From positions 124,001 to 188,000 of IMG/VR virus record IMGVR_UViG_3300036715_003906: DNA of 64,000 bases, one strand, 5' to 3'. The notes beneath the pieces were generated by a model. It was not told the DNA's origin. It was given only the letters and a program-made list of their open reading frames with translations, and searched no databases. The translations under genes and the position numbers were made by a program. Shown here piece after piece: positions 25,994-34,568 of this stretch (the first letter of the stretch is position 1; each line of letters starts with the position of its first letter).

Positions 25994-27325
25994 TCAGCGG
26001 AAGACCTGGCTCACGTCGGGGGCCGTGGCCCACAGCGACGAGAGGCGGTCATCCGTGGCAGACGACGCGGTCCGGGACATGCCCCCGACCTTGCGGACGC
26101 CCGCCGTGGGCTGCGTGCCGATGGTCCGGCCGGGCCGGCTGGCCTGCTTGCCCTGGCCCTGCTGCTGCTGGCCCTGGCCCTGCTCCGCCTGCTTCGCGCG
26201 CTGGGCGTCCTGGACCTCCTGCGTGGCGAAGATGGCGTTGAGGACGTCGTCCTCGAGGCCGAGCCCGCCGACCTCGCTGATGTCCATCGGCGCGGGCTCC
26301 ATCTCGATGTCCATCTCGGCCATCGGATCGGACTGCTCGGCCAGCATCTGGTCGAGCAGGTCCTGGTCGGCCTGCTGCATCTGCTGGCCCTGCTGCATCT
26401 GCTGGCCCTGCTGCATCTGCTGGCCCTGCTGCATCTGCTGACCCTGCTGCATCTGCTGACCCTGCATCTGCTGCTGGGCCATCTGCTGCTGCTGGGCCAT
26501 CTGCTGCTGCTGGGCCATCTGCTGCTGCTGGGCCACCTGGGCCTGCTGCTGCGACAGCATCTGCTGGTCGAGCGCCTTCTTGACGGCCGCCTGGACCATC
26601 TTCTCGACCTCGGGGAGCGCGATGAGCTGGGACGTGCCGCCCGGCGGAGCCGCCGGGCCACACGCTTCCTTGCCCTGGCCCTGCCGGCCCTGGTCCTGCT
26701 TCTGCTGACCCTGCTGGGCCTGCTTCTGCTGCTCGGTCTGCTGACCCTGGTCCTGCTGGGCCTGCTTGCCCTGCTGACCCTGGTCCTGCTGACCCTGCTG
26801 GGCCTGCTTGCCCTGCTGACCCTGGTCCTGCTGACCCTGCTGGGCCTGCTTCTGACCCTGGTCCTGCTGCTGGCCTTGGTCGTCGGCCAGACGGGTGTAG
26901 GTGGCCATGAGGTCGGCGTCGGGCATCTGCATGAGGGCCCACGCCTGTGCCTCGACGGCGTCCTCGCTGGCGGCCTTCTTGCCGGCCAGCATCAGGCGAG
27001 CCGTCTTCTCGGCCAGCGACGCGCGCCGGAGGATGAGGGCCTCCTCGGCCGCCTTGTCCGACGCGGTCTTCTCGGGGTGGTTGAACGTGTCGGTCCGCAT
27101 CTCCGGCATCCCGATCTCGTCGCGCGTGACCTGGCCGCCCTTGTACTCGGCCTCCCAGGAGCCCGCCGACGGGTGCGGGTCTTCCGCCCAGGTGGACGGG
27201 TTCCCGTTCATGTACTTGGACGTCGGGGGGTTGGGGTGGTCCTGGTTCATCTGGTAGGGGTCAGCCTGGCGGTTCATCGCCGCCTGCTTGATCTGCTTCG
27301 GGCTCCAGGTCGTACGAACTCGCAT
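25994..27325 (-). CDS. Capsid scaffolding protein, Gln-rich
   Basis: Sits between the protease and decoration/MCP genes; low-complexity acidic/Gln-rich with C-terminal LSSLWATAPDVSQVFR. Confidence 0.7.
   Translation of the reverse strand: MRVRTTWSPKQIKQAAMNRQADPYQMNQDHPNPPTSKYMNGNPSTWAEDPHPSAGSWEAEYKGGQVTRDEIGMPEMRTDTFNHPEKTASDKAAEEALILRRASLAEKTARLMLAGKKAASEDAVEAQAWALMQMPDADLMATYTRLADDQGQQQDQGQKQAQQGQQDQGQQGKQAQQGQQDQGQQGKQAQQDQGQQTEQQKQAQQGQQKQDQGRQGQGKEACGPAAPPGGTSQLIALPEVEKMVQAAVKKALDQQMLSQQQAQVAQQQQMAQQQQMAQQQQMAQQQMQGQQMQQGQQMQQGQQMQQGQQMQQGQQMQQADQDLLDQMLAEQSDPMAEMDIEMEPAPMDISEVGGLGLEDDVLNAIFATQEVQDAQRAKQAEQGQGQQQQGQGKQASRPGRTIGTQPTAGVRKVGGMSRTASSATDDRLSSLWATAPDVSQVFR
26371..26545. repeat. 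18-nt coding tandem repeats (QQGQQM x5; QQQQMA x3)
   Basis: CCTGCTGCATCTGCTG(G/A)C x5, then CATCTGCTGCTGCTGGGC x3. Confidence 0.85.
26701..26875. repeat. 42-nt coding tandem repeats (QQGQQDQGQQGKQA)
   Basis: Two perfect 42-nt units at 26761..26844 plus degenerate flanking copies. Confidence 0.75.
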
Positions 27326-27327
27326 GG

Positions 27328-30093
27328 TCAGGCTCCGTTCCTCGCCATTCGCGGCGTGAGAGATGGATTATTGGTGCCCAGAGCATAAAGCCGACCCTTG
27401 TCGAGAAGGGTCTCCTGCTCCGAGGGCGTCAGGTTACGTCCGATGAGGGTGCGACAGGCCGTGACAAAGGCCGTGTCGTCGGGGTACGACGTCACGGAAC
27501 CTGCCGCGAGGACAGCACGATAGAGGCGGCTCTCGCCCGCCTGCGTGATCCGCTTGCTCGACTCCAGGAAGCGAGCCACCGCCAGTACCTCGGGGCCCGT
27601 GAGGCACCCCGCGGAACGTACAGCTTGCCATCCACCGGACTTGTAATGGATGAGGCCGAGCAGGACGTTCAGGGTACGTCCATGATCACGCCCCGTGGCG
27701 ACATGGACACGGTGCGCGAGGAGGCGCCACGAGGGATACCGGAGCGCTTCCTTGAGGAGCGTATTGTTCCGGTTCTCGTTCGGCCGAGGTCCAGGTTCGG
27801 GCTTCATCTCCTCCCGGACCTTGTCGACCGCACGTTGACGCAGGGCGTCCGCCAGCTCGTCCACGGCCTTGCTGGCCGGGTCCCCGGTGGGGGCAGGAGC
27901 GGGCTTCTTGTCCATCCCGTCGTCGAACCCCTGGCCCTGCTGTCCGGGCTGCCCCTGCTGCCCCTGGGCCGCAGGGAAGGAGGCAGCCTTGCCCATGGCG
28001 CCGGTGAGCATGACCCGGGGCCCACCCGAGAAGGCGATGCTCATCTTGCGGCCGAGGTCAGCGACCTCCTCGGGGTTCAGGATGTCCCGGAGGACGGCAC
28101 CCTCGAAGGCGGGGTTGGCGACCCACGACGCCTCGATGAACTTGACCGACCCGGGCTCGGCCAGGACGTGCCCGCACAGCTCGGCGATCTTCCGCTTGCG
28201 ACCCAGGGCATCGACGAACTCGTTGCCCTTGAAGTAGTGGATATGGTTGCAGAGCTGGGTCTCGTCGTAGGCGACGTTGCCGCAGGCCGTGCAGATCGTG
28301 AACTCGACCTGGCAGTTGGAGACCCCGAAGCCATGCACCTGATACGAGTGGTCTTCCTCGACCTCGATGTCGTGGACGAAGCCCTCGTACACGAAGGACT
28401 CGATGCGGGTGATCGGGAAGATGACCTTGTCGTCGAGTGCCCGGAGATGCGGGTGCTTTTTGCGAGAACCCTCGCGTGGGGACTTGTCGGACACCCCCAT
28501 CAACATCGCCGAAGACGATTGAGGGAAGTAGATGTTGAAGGCCGCGAGCTTGCCCGTCTCGTCGTGACGAAGTGCCTGCCCGTTCACCACGGCCTCGGCG
28601 AAAGTCACCGTTCGGCCCCCAAACACGCAGTCTGCCCACACCGGGATGCCGCCTCGTACCGCCAGCGTATGAAGCTGGCACATGAGGTCGTAGGAGGTGG
28701 TCGTACCCACCGAGTGCCCGCCGCTGTGCTTGTGACCGTCCCCGTTGAGCCAAGCCCCAAGCAAATGCGCCTGGGATTCGACTGACCACTGCATGGCCTC
28801 GGGGCTCAGACGCTTTTGGTGGGAGTACTCACCCCCATGCTGCTTGAACCAAGCGGCGATGCCCTTCCCCGAGACGTGTACCGTTGCCGTGTTACGGTCT
28901 TCACGGTCCTGTACCCAAGGGGCACAACCGGGGAACTCCTCGCGAAGAAGCCCAACAACCTCTTCAACGAAGGTCTCCTTCTCAGCCAAGGAGAAGTTGA
29001 ACTGCACCTCGGACGGCACACCCTTGCTCTTGATGAAGCTGCCTTCGGCCAGGAAGTACCCGAGGAGCCGAGCCTTGGCGGACCCTGGGTCACCGATCAC
29101 ATCAGAGTCGAGCTTCGGGAAGACCACATAGTCCCCCACTCGCAATTCGTCGGCACGAACCTTCTCGACCTTGAGGCTCTGGATCTCCGTGAGCTTCTCC
29201 TGGCGAGCCTTGTATTCGTCGAGGGAGTAGCTGCCGTTCGGGTTGAGCACACGCTTGTCATGACCCCCCTTGAACCGCTTGGTCATCCGACGAACGGGGT
29301 CAGCATCCTTCGTCGAAAGAGCCTCCCCACACCCACACCCGCAAACAGACGCCGGGCGGAGGACGAAGAACGGGTGTGTGCCTGTGGCCTCGACGGCATC
29401 CGGCACCCCCTTGACCTTGATCCGTCGCATCTGCCAGCGACCACCACGGATCTGCTGGTTCAGCACCTCGCGAGCCCTGCCCTTGTGGGTCAGAACCATC
29501 GCACCGGGTCGAACCTCTTCGATGGGGAGACGAGTGCCGTCGGCCATCGTGACGGGAGTCCCCGGGAGGAAACAGCCCATGCTGAGGGTCTTCAGCTCCC
29601 GCCGCTGGATCGAGGAGATCAGGGGGCGGAACTTCCGGGCCGTCGCGATCAGGATGTCGATGTAGATCGAGTCCCCGATGTCCCGGCTGGCGGCGTCCAG
29701 GATCTTGCCCTTGCTCAGCTCGGGGATCTGGACGTGCTCGACGTAGTTCTCCCCGCCGATGAAGGTCTTGAAGCACGCGAGGAGCAGCTTGCGCTCCCAG
29801 CAGTCGTTGTTGTTGTTGACGTACTTGGACGTCGCGGGCGTCACCAGCCAGTCGGGGTAGCGCCGGTCGACCTCGAAGCCGTCCACCATCTGACGACCGA
29901 CCGGCTCCGGGGACACCTCCGTGTCCACCGAAGCGACGATCGTGCAGTGCGTGAGCATGAACTCACTGGGGTCGTACTGGTCGAGTACGATCCGGGAGGC
30001 TTGCTTGTTCCCGTGGACCCGGAGGTTCTCCCACCCGGCCGACGAGATGTCGGGCTTGACAATGGTCGCGTTGGCAAACTTACGGAAGGCCAT
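27328..30093 (-). CDS. Prohead (capsid maturation) protease with an intein
   Basis: Head-module position; after intein removal reads ...TLSMG-CQVEFTICTACGN...LCNH...FIEASWV.NPAF.GA. Confidence 0.8.
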   Translation of the reverse strand: MAFRKFANATIVKPDISSAGWENLRVHGNKQASRIVLDQYDPSEFMLTHCTIVASVDTEVSPEPVGRQMVDGFEVDRRYPDWLVTPATSKYVNNNNDCWERKLLLACFKTFIGGENYVEHVQIPELSKGKILDAASRDIGDSIYIDILIATARKFRPLISSIQRRELKTLSMGCFLPGTPVTMADGTRLPIEEVRPGAMVLTHKGRAREVLNQQIRGGRWQMRRIKVKGVPDAVEATGTHPFFVLRPASVCGCGCGEALSTKDADPVRRMTKRFKGGHDKRVLNPNGSYSLDEYKARQEKLTEIQSLKVEKVRADELRVGDYVVFPKLDSDVIGDPGSAKARLLGYFLAEGSFIKSKGVPSEVQFNFSLAEKETFVEEVVGLLREEFPGCAPWVQDREDRNTATVHVSGKGIAAWFKQHGGEYSHQKRLSPEAMQWSVESQAHLLGAWLNGDGHKHSGGHSVGTTTSYDLMCQLHTLAVRGGIPVWADCVFGGRTVTFAEAVVNGQALRHDETGKLAAFNIYFPQSSSAMLMGVSDKSPREGSRKKHPHLRALDDKVIFPITRIESFVYEGFVHDIEVEEDHSYQVHGFGVSNCQVEFTICTACGNVAYDETQLCNHIHYFKGNEFVDALGRKRKIAELCGHVLAEPGSVKFIEASWVANPAFEGAVLRDILNPEEVADLGRKMSIAFSGGPRVMLTGAMGKAASFPAAQGQQGQPGQQGQGFDDGMDKKPAPAPTGDPASKAVDELADALRQRAVDKVREEMKPEPGPRPNENRNNTLLKEALRYPSWRLLAHRVHVATGRDHGRTLNVLLGLIHYKSGGWQAVRSAGCLTGPEVLAVARFLESSKRITQAGESRLYRAVLAAGSVTSYPDDTAFVTACRTLIGRNLTPSEQETLLDKGRLYALGTNNPSLTPRMARNGA
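28315..29574 (-). mobile_element. Intein (420 aa) with LAGLIDADG homing endonuclease
   Basis: CFLPGTPV (block A), ATGTHPF (B), LLGYFLAEG and LLGAWLNGDG (C, E), VHDIEVEEDHSY (F), VSN/C (G). Confidence 0.92.
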
Positions 30094-30096
30094 GGT

Positions 30097-30807
30097 TCAC
30101 CACTCCACCGGCTCGCCGCCGGGTCCGAGGAGGTCCGTCGTCTTGATCAAGGTGAGGTCCTTCGGGCATCCCCACAGGCGCACCCTCGCCCCCTGGTCCA
30201 TCTTGTACGTGGTCTTCCGCATCCGGGTCCCGCACTTGGGGCACGAGGGCTTGCGGGCGTTGACCTCGTCCGAGGTGACCCGGTACTGCCGGTTCTGTGC
30301 CGCCCAGTAGGCCGCCGTCTTGTGGGCGTGGGTGCGGAGGCGCAGCTCGTCCAGGTTGGCGGCTGCCAGGTAGAACTTCGACACCTCGTCCTTGATCGCC
30401 TCGTCGTCGGCGCCGAGGGGGGTGTGCCTCGTCCACAGCTCGTCGTAAGCCATGACGTCCGAGGCGCCCTTGGCCCAGAGCCGGGCGAGGTCACGGTGGA
30501 AGCCCTGGGGGACCTCCACCGTGCGCCACAGCTTGGCCCCGGACGCCAGCCGGGTGTCGTAGCTCGAATAGCTCTGGTTCAGGGTGGGCGGCAGGTAGCG
30601 CTGGAGGTCGGGGTTGATCCGCACCACCTCGTCGGGGAGCACCCGCTCCACCCCGAAGGGCCACTGGACGTCCACATACCCGAGACCCCGCAGGACCTCC
30701 GTGACGCGGCCCACGAAGGGCGACAGGCCCCCGGGGTCCCCGGGCATGAACTTCTGGACGCTATCGCCCGGCGAGAAGTCCTTGGTGAGCTTCCAGTAGT
30801 CGATCAC
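30097..30807 (-). CDS. Hypothetical head-module protein with a C-terminal zinc ribbon
   Basis: N-terminal SH3-like (GRVTEV...VDVQWP); CPKCGTRM...GCPKD. Confidence 0.6.
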   Translation of the reverse strand: MIDYWKLTKDFSPGDSVQKFMPGDPGGLSPFVGRVTEVLRGLGYVDVQWPFGVERVLPDEVVRINPDLQRYLPPTLNQSYSSYDTRLASGAKLWRTVEVPQGFHRDLARLWAKGASDVMAYDELWTRHTPLGADDEAIKDEVSKFYLAAANLDELRLRTHAHKTAAYWAAQNRQYRVTSDEVNARKPSCPKCGTRMRKTTYKMDQGARVRLWGCPKDLTLIKTTDLLGPGGEPVEW

Positions 30808-30810
30808 GGT

Positions 30811-31248
30811 TCAGTGCCCCGGGGCGAGGTCGCGGCCCGACGTCGACTCGCCGTGAATCACGGCGCTCGACTGGTCGTCGCCGTAGAGGCGCATGTAGGG
30901 CTCGTCGGCCTCGGTCTGCACGGGAGCCATCGGGTTGCGGAACGTGCCCATGTAGGACTCGTTCTTGTCCTGCTGGATCACCTGCGCCCGGCGCTGGGCC
31001 AGATCGGAGGCGACCTTGGAGGCCGCGGTCTCCCCGACCACCTCGGCCACCTGACGGATCTGGAAGGACTCGGCCCCGAAGGCCCCGACCTCGATCTCGT
31101 CGGCCAGCTTGTCGAGCGTGGCCACCATGTCACGAGCGGCGGCTTCCGGGCAGCCCCACGCCTTGTAGTTGGCCTGGATGTACCCGGCCATCTTGTCGAG
31201 GCGGGGGAGCAGGGACTGGGCGTCTTCCTTTGCGATCTTGATCGGCAT
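30811..31248 (-). CDS. Hypothetical head-module protein
   Basis: AGGAA RBS before ATG 31248 (MPIKIAKED). Confidence 0.6.
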   Translation of the reverse strand: MPIKIAKEDAQSLLPRLDKMAGYIQANYKAWGCPEAAARDMVATLDKLADEIEVGAFGAESFQIRQVAEVVGETAASKVASDLAQRRAQVIQQDKNESYMGTFRNPMAPVQTEADEPYMRLYGDDQSSAVIHGESTSGRDLAPGH

Positions 31249-31283
31249 GATCGTGTTCCTTCGGTGCAAGTCGGGGGGAGGGT

Positions 31284-34200
31284 TCAGCCCTGCTTGATCC
31301 GCTTGAGGGCCGGCAGGAGGGCGGCGCGGATCGCGGGGTTCTCGTGGGCGACCTTGACGATCTCGGTCTTGAGGGCGATGTACGCCTGCTTGTCCTGGCC
31401 CTGGTCCTGGTCGCCCTTGCCCTCCGCCTTCTCCTCCATGTGCTTCTTGAGCGCCGGGGGCATCTCGCCACCCTGCTTCTGCTGACCCTGACCCTGCTGG
31501 TCTTGCTGGGCCTGCTCGTCCTCGGCGAACTTGTCCGCCAGCTCGATGAGGTCGTAGGCGAGGGCGGGCTGGTCGGAGGCGAACTTCTGGGCGAACGCGC
31601 GGAGACGGATGGAGGGCTTCATGGTCTTCTCCTGAACGGGGGGATAAGAGGATTCACTCGCTTCCCTGAGGGTCTGCAAGGTGCCGGGGTCCCGCACCTG
31701 TGCGAGCCGGGCGAGGAGCGTGTTGTAGATCGTCGGGTGAACCCCGACCGAGTAGCGACCCCCACCGGTCTCCCGGATGGCCAGGTCGAGCGCCGCACGG
31801 TAGCGGGCGTCCGGCACCATCCCCTCGGGGACGGGGGACAGCGGGGGCGACCGGAGCCGCTCCTTGGCGGCCGTCAGGATCGCCTGGAAGTCCGACTCGC
31901 CCATGTCCCGGGCGCGAGCCTGCTCCCAACCCTGGTAGGCGTAGGGGGGCTGAGACGGGTCCTCGGGGTAGGGGTCCACGCCCCAGTAGACCGCCGTCCG
32001 ATCGATGCGCGTCATCGTCACCCGCGGGGTACAAGAAGAAAGTGCAAGGGTCCGACCGAGAAGAAGACAGGCCGTCTTCGTCTTCGGCTCCTTCCCCTCC
32101 CCCCCGAGGCTCTTCACGAGGTCGTCGAAGAGGTCCTTCGAGTCCTTCTCGGCCTCCGCCTGGGACTTCGGGCGCCACTCGTACCGCGGGGGCTTGAGCG
32201 GCTTCGGGGGCTCGGCCGGGTCATCCTTCTTGTCCAGTTTCGCCTGGCGGATACGCTCCTCGAACGGCAAGGGCGGGTCCTTGCTCCGCTTCGCCGGGTC
32301 CCCGGCCTTCCACGCCTCCGCCTCCCGGTCGGCCTCCGCCTTGAGCTTCTGGCGCTTCTTCTCCCGGGCCTTCGTCTCCTGGGTCCAGCCCTTGTGCTGC
32401 TTCTTCCACGCCTTCTTGTCGGTGCGGTAGTCCTCGGCGTCGAGCGTGTCGAGGTAGGGTAGGAGCTTGTCCGCCTTCTTGGCGTTCATGCCCGCGAGGC
32501 GGTTGTAGATCCGAGTGCGGAAGAGCCGGCCCAGGTTCCTCTTCGGCACGTCCTCGGGCAGCTCCTTGTCCCGGCCGCGCAGAAAGCCCGTGGCCTCCGT
32601 GAGACGGCCGGCGATCTGCCCCGCGGGCATCCGCTCGTGGAACGCCTTGGATGAGGACGGGTCGAGGTACGTGTGGAGCGCGTCCTGGTACGACCGCCCC
32701 TGGAGGTAGGCCGCCGCCACCTCCCGCGTGGCCGGGTCCTTCACGTTGTCGAACAGGTGCTTCGCCTTGCCCGGAGACATCCCGTTGTCAGGGTCCGCCA
32801 TGGCCTTCGAGAAGACCTTGTCCGCGAGACCCTTCTCCCCGCCCAGCCGGGCCGTCACCATGGCCTGAGCGAGCGCCTTGGGGGCACCCATGCGCTTGTA
32901 GCTGTCGAAGACCTGCCGGCGCACGGCGAGGCTCATGGCCACCACCTTGTTGCGGTGGTCCTGCCATGCCTCCCCCTGCTCCTTGGGGGTGAGTTCCTTG
33001 TAGGGCTTCACGACGCCCTTGGCGTCCTTGCCCTGCGACGGGGGACCCACCTTGTCGGGGTCGGTCTGGAAGAATGCCTTGGACTTGTCGACGTAGTCGT
33101 CGAGGTCCGAGGGCCGCACCTCACGCCGCTTCGCCACGTCGAAGGCCGCCGCCACCGTCTCGGCGTCGTGCGGATGCAGGCCCGACTTGAGCAGCTTCCT
33201 GGCCTGGTGGGGCCCGAGGCGCTCGATGAGCACCCGCTGGGCCCGGGCCTTGTCCTCGGGTGTGGCTGGGGGGCGGGTCACCGCCGGCCGGTTCGGCTTG
33301 CCCTTGGGTGACTTGCCGTCCCCCCCTCCGGCATCTTCGTCCTCGGGCTCGGGCTTGGGCTTGGGCTTGGCCTCGGGCGGGGGCTTCGGGACCGCCAGGG
33401 CCTCGATGATGTCCGACACGGTCTCGATGCCCTGGATCTTGGCCCCCCCGAGGAGGGCCCCGGCCGGGACCTTGTCCGAGATGACCCGCAAGGGGTTCGT
33501 CGGGTCGTTCAGACCCTTGAACCGGGACTCCATGGCAGGGTCCCCCTTGAGCAAGTTGCGGATGTGCTCCCCGCGCTCGTACAGCTCCTTCGGGCTCGCC
33601 GACGGGGGCTTGTCCGGCTTCGCGTCATCCTTGGGGGAGGGCTTCTCGGGCTCCTCGGGCGGGGCGTCCTCGGGCCCCTCATCCTCGCCCTCGTCGCCCT
33701 CCTCGTCCTCGTCGATCGGCTCGTAAGCGCTCGGGGTCTCCTTGAGGGTGTCGGGCTTGATCCGCACCACCTTGCCGTCCTCCTTGCGCCGGACGGTGAC
33801 GAGGTCCTCCTCCCCCTCGTCGCCCTCCTCGTCCTCGTCGATCGGCTCGTAAGCGCTCGGGGTCTCCTTGAGGGTGTCGGGCTTGACCCGCACCACCTTG
33901 CCGTCCTCCTTGCGCCGGACGGTGACGAGGTCCTCCTCCCCCTCCTCGGCCGCCTGCCGCAGCCAGCGCCCCACCAGGGCCGCCTTGAGGTTGCGACGCT
34001 CCCGCACCCACCCCGGGGGCTTGACCTTGGGCTGCTTCTCGGGCTCGGGCGTCTTGGGCGTCTCCGGGGGCATGGGGGGACGAGGAGCCGCCTTGGGCTG
34101 GGGACGCGGGTCGGGCCACTTCGGGTGAGGGAGGGGGTCCTTGTGGCAGTGGGGCTTGTGGACGCGGGGGAGCTTGCGCGGGGGCCGGATGCCGTCATCC

Positions 34201-34544
34201 CGATGGGGCTCGTTGTCGGGGACCTTCTCGTAGAGGTCTGGGTCGTCCCGGAGCGTGTCGGGGTGGACGCGGGGGACCTCGTCCTTGGTCTTGTTGCGGA
34301 CGCGGACCCACTCCGCCGCCAGACGCTCCGCCATGGAGCCCGCGACCTTCTTGCGGTTCAGGCTCATGTCGGGGTCCGTCTTGGTGTCCTTGTCCCCGTC
34401 CGTGTCGGGGTCCCGCTCGGGCCGAATGTGCTCCCGCTTCGCGTCGTCACGGGGAGGCTTGACCTTGGGCGCTGGGCGCACCAGCCGCTCGGCCTCCGCC
34501 TCTTCCCGCTCGTGAGTGTCCTTGGTGGCCCCGATGTCGCGCAC
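31284..34544 (-). CDS. Large charged low-complexity head-module protein (possibly 2-3 fused genes; internal starts 32015 and 31622)
   Basis: GGAGG RBS + GTG 34544; Lys/Glu/Pro-rich; internal AGGAG-ATG at 31622. Confidence 0.6.
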   Translation of the reverse strand: MRDIGATKDTHEREEAEAERLVRPAPKVKPPRDDAKREHIRPERDPDTDGDKDTKTDPDMSLNRKKVAGSMAERLAAEWVRVRNKTKDEVPRVHPDTLRDDPDLYEKVPDNEPHRDDGIRPPRKLPRVHKPHCHKDPLPHPKWPDPRPQPKAAPRPPMPPETPKTPEPEKQPKVKPPGWVRERRNLKAALVGRWLRQAAEEGEEDLVTVRRKEDGKVVRVKPDTLKETPSAYEPIDEDEEGDEGEEDLVTVRRKEDGKVVRIKPDTLKETPSAYEPIDEDEEGDEGEDEGPEDAPPEEPEKPSPKDDAKPDKPPSASPKELYERGEHIRNLLKGDPAMESRFKGLNDPTNPLRVISDKVPAGALLGGAKIQGIETVSDIIEALAVPKPPPEAKPKPKPEPEDEDAGGGDGKSPKGKPNRPAVTRPPATPEDKARAQRVLIERLGPHQARKLLKSGLHPHDAETVAAAFDVAKRREVRPSDLDDYVDKSKAFFQTDPDKVGPPSQGKDAKGVVKPYKELTPKEQGEAWQDHRNKVVAMSLAVRRQVFDSYKRMGAPKALAQAMVTARLGGEKGLADKVFSKAMADPDNGMSPGKAKHLFDNVKDPATREVAAAYLQGRSYQDALHTYLDPSSSKAFHERMPAGQIAGRLTEATGFLRGRDKELPEDVPKRNLGRLFRTRIYNRLAGMNAKKADKLLPYLDTLDAEDYRTDKKAWKKQHKGWTQETKAREKKRQKLKAEADREAEAWKAGDPAKRSKDPPLPFEERIRQAKLDKKDDPAEPPKPLKPPRYEWRPKSQAEAEKDSKDLFDDLVKSLGGEGKEPKTKTACLLLGRTLALSSCTPRVTMTRIDRTAVYWGVDPYPEDPSQPPYAYQGWEQARARDMGESDFQAILTAAKERLRSPPLSPVPEGMVPDARYRAALDLAIRETGGGRYSVGVHPTIYNTLLARLAQVRDPGTLQTLREASESSYPPVQEKTMKPSIRLRAFAQKFASDQPALAYDLIELADKFAEDEQAQQDQQGQGQQKQGGEMPPALKKHMEEKAEGKGDQDQGQDKQAYIALKTEIVKVAHENPAIRAALLPALKRIKQG
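33688..33944. repeat. 126-nt tandem duplication (42 aa, EEDLVTVRRKEDGKVVR(V/I)KPDTLKETPSAYEPIDEDEEGDEG)
   Basis: Two copies differing at one position that I could find (33761 vs 33887). Confidence 0.9.
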
Positions 34545-34568
34545 ACCTCCGGCGGGGGGATAGAAGGG

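Noticed and set aside
28816-31485. Long plus-strand ORFs (also 33564..35561, 39476..42223, 42956..44950, 55592..57946 and others)
   Set aside because: They are antisense shadows of GC3-biased minus-strand genes, with no motifs or RBS and typical Arg/Gly/Pro-rich composition.
33688-33944. 126-nt repeat pair as a DGR template/variable region or CRISPR-like array
   Set aside because: It is a tandem in-frame coding duplication with one mismatch; no spacers and no reverse transcriptase in the window.
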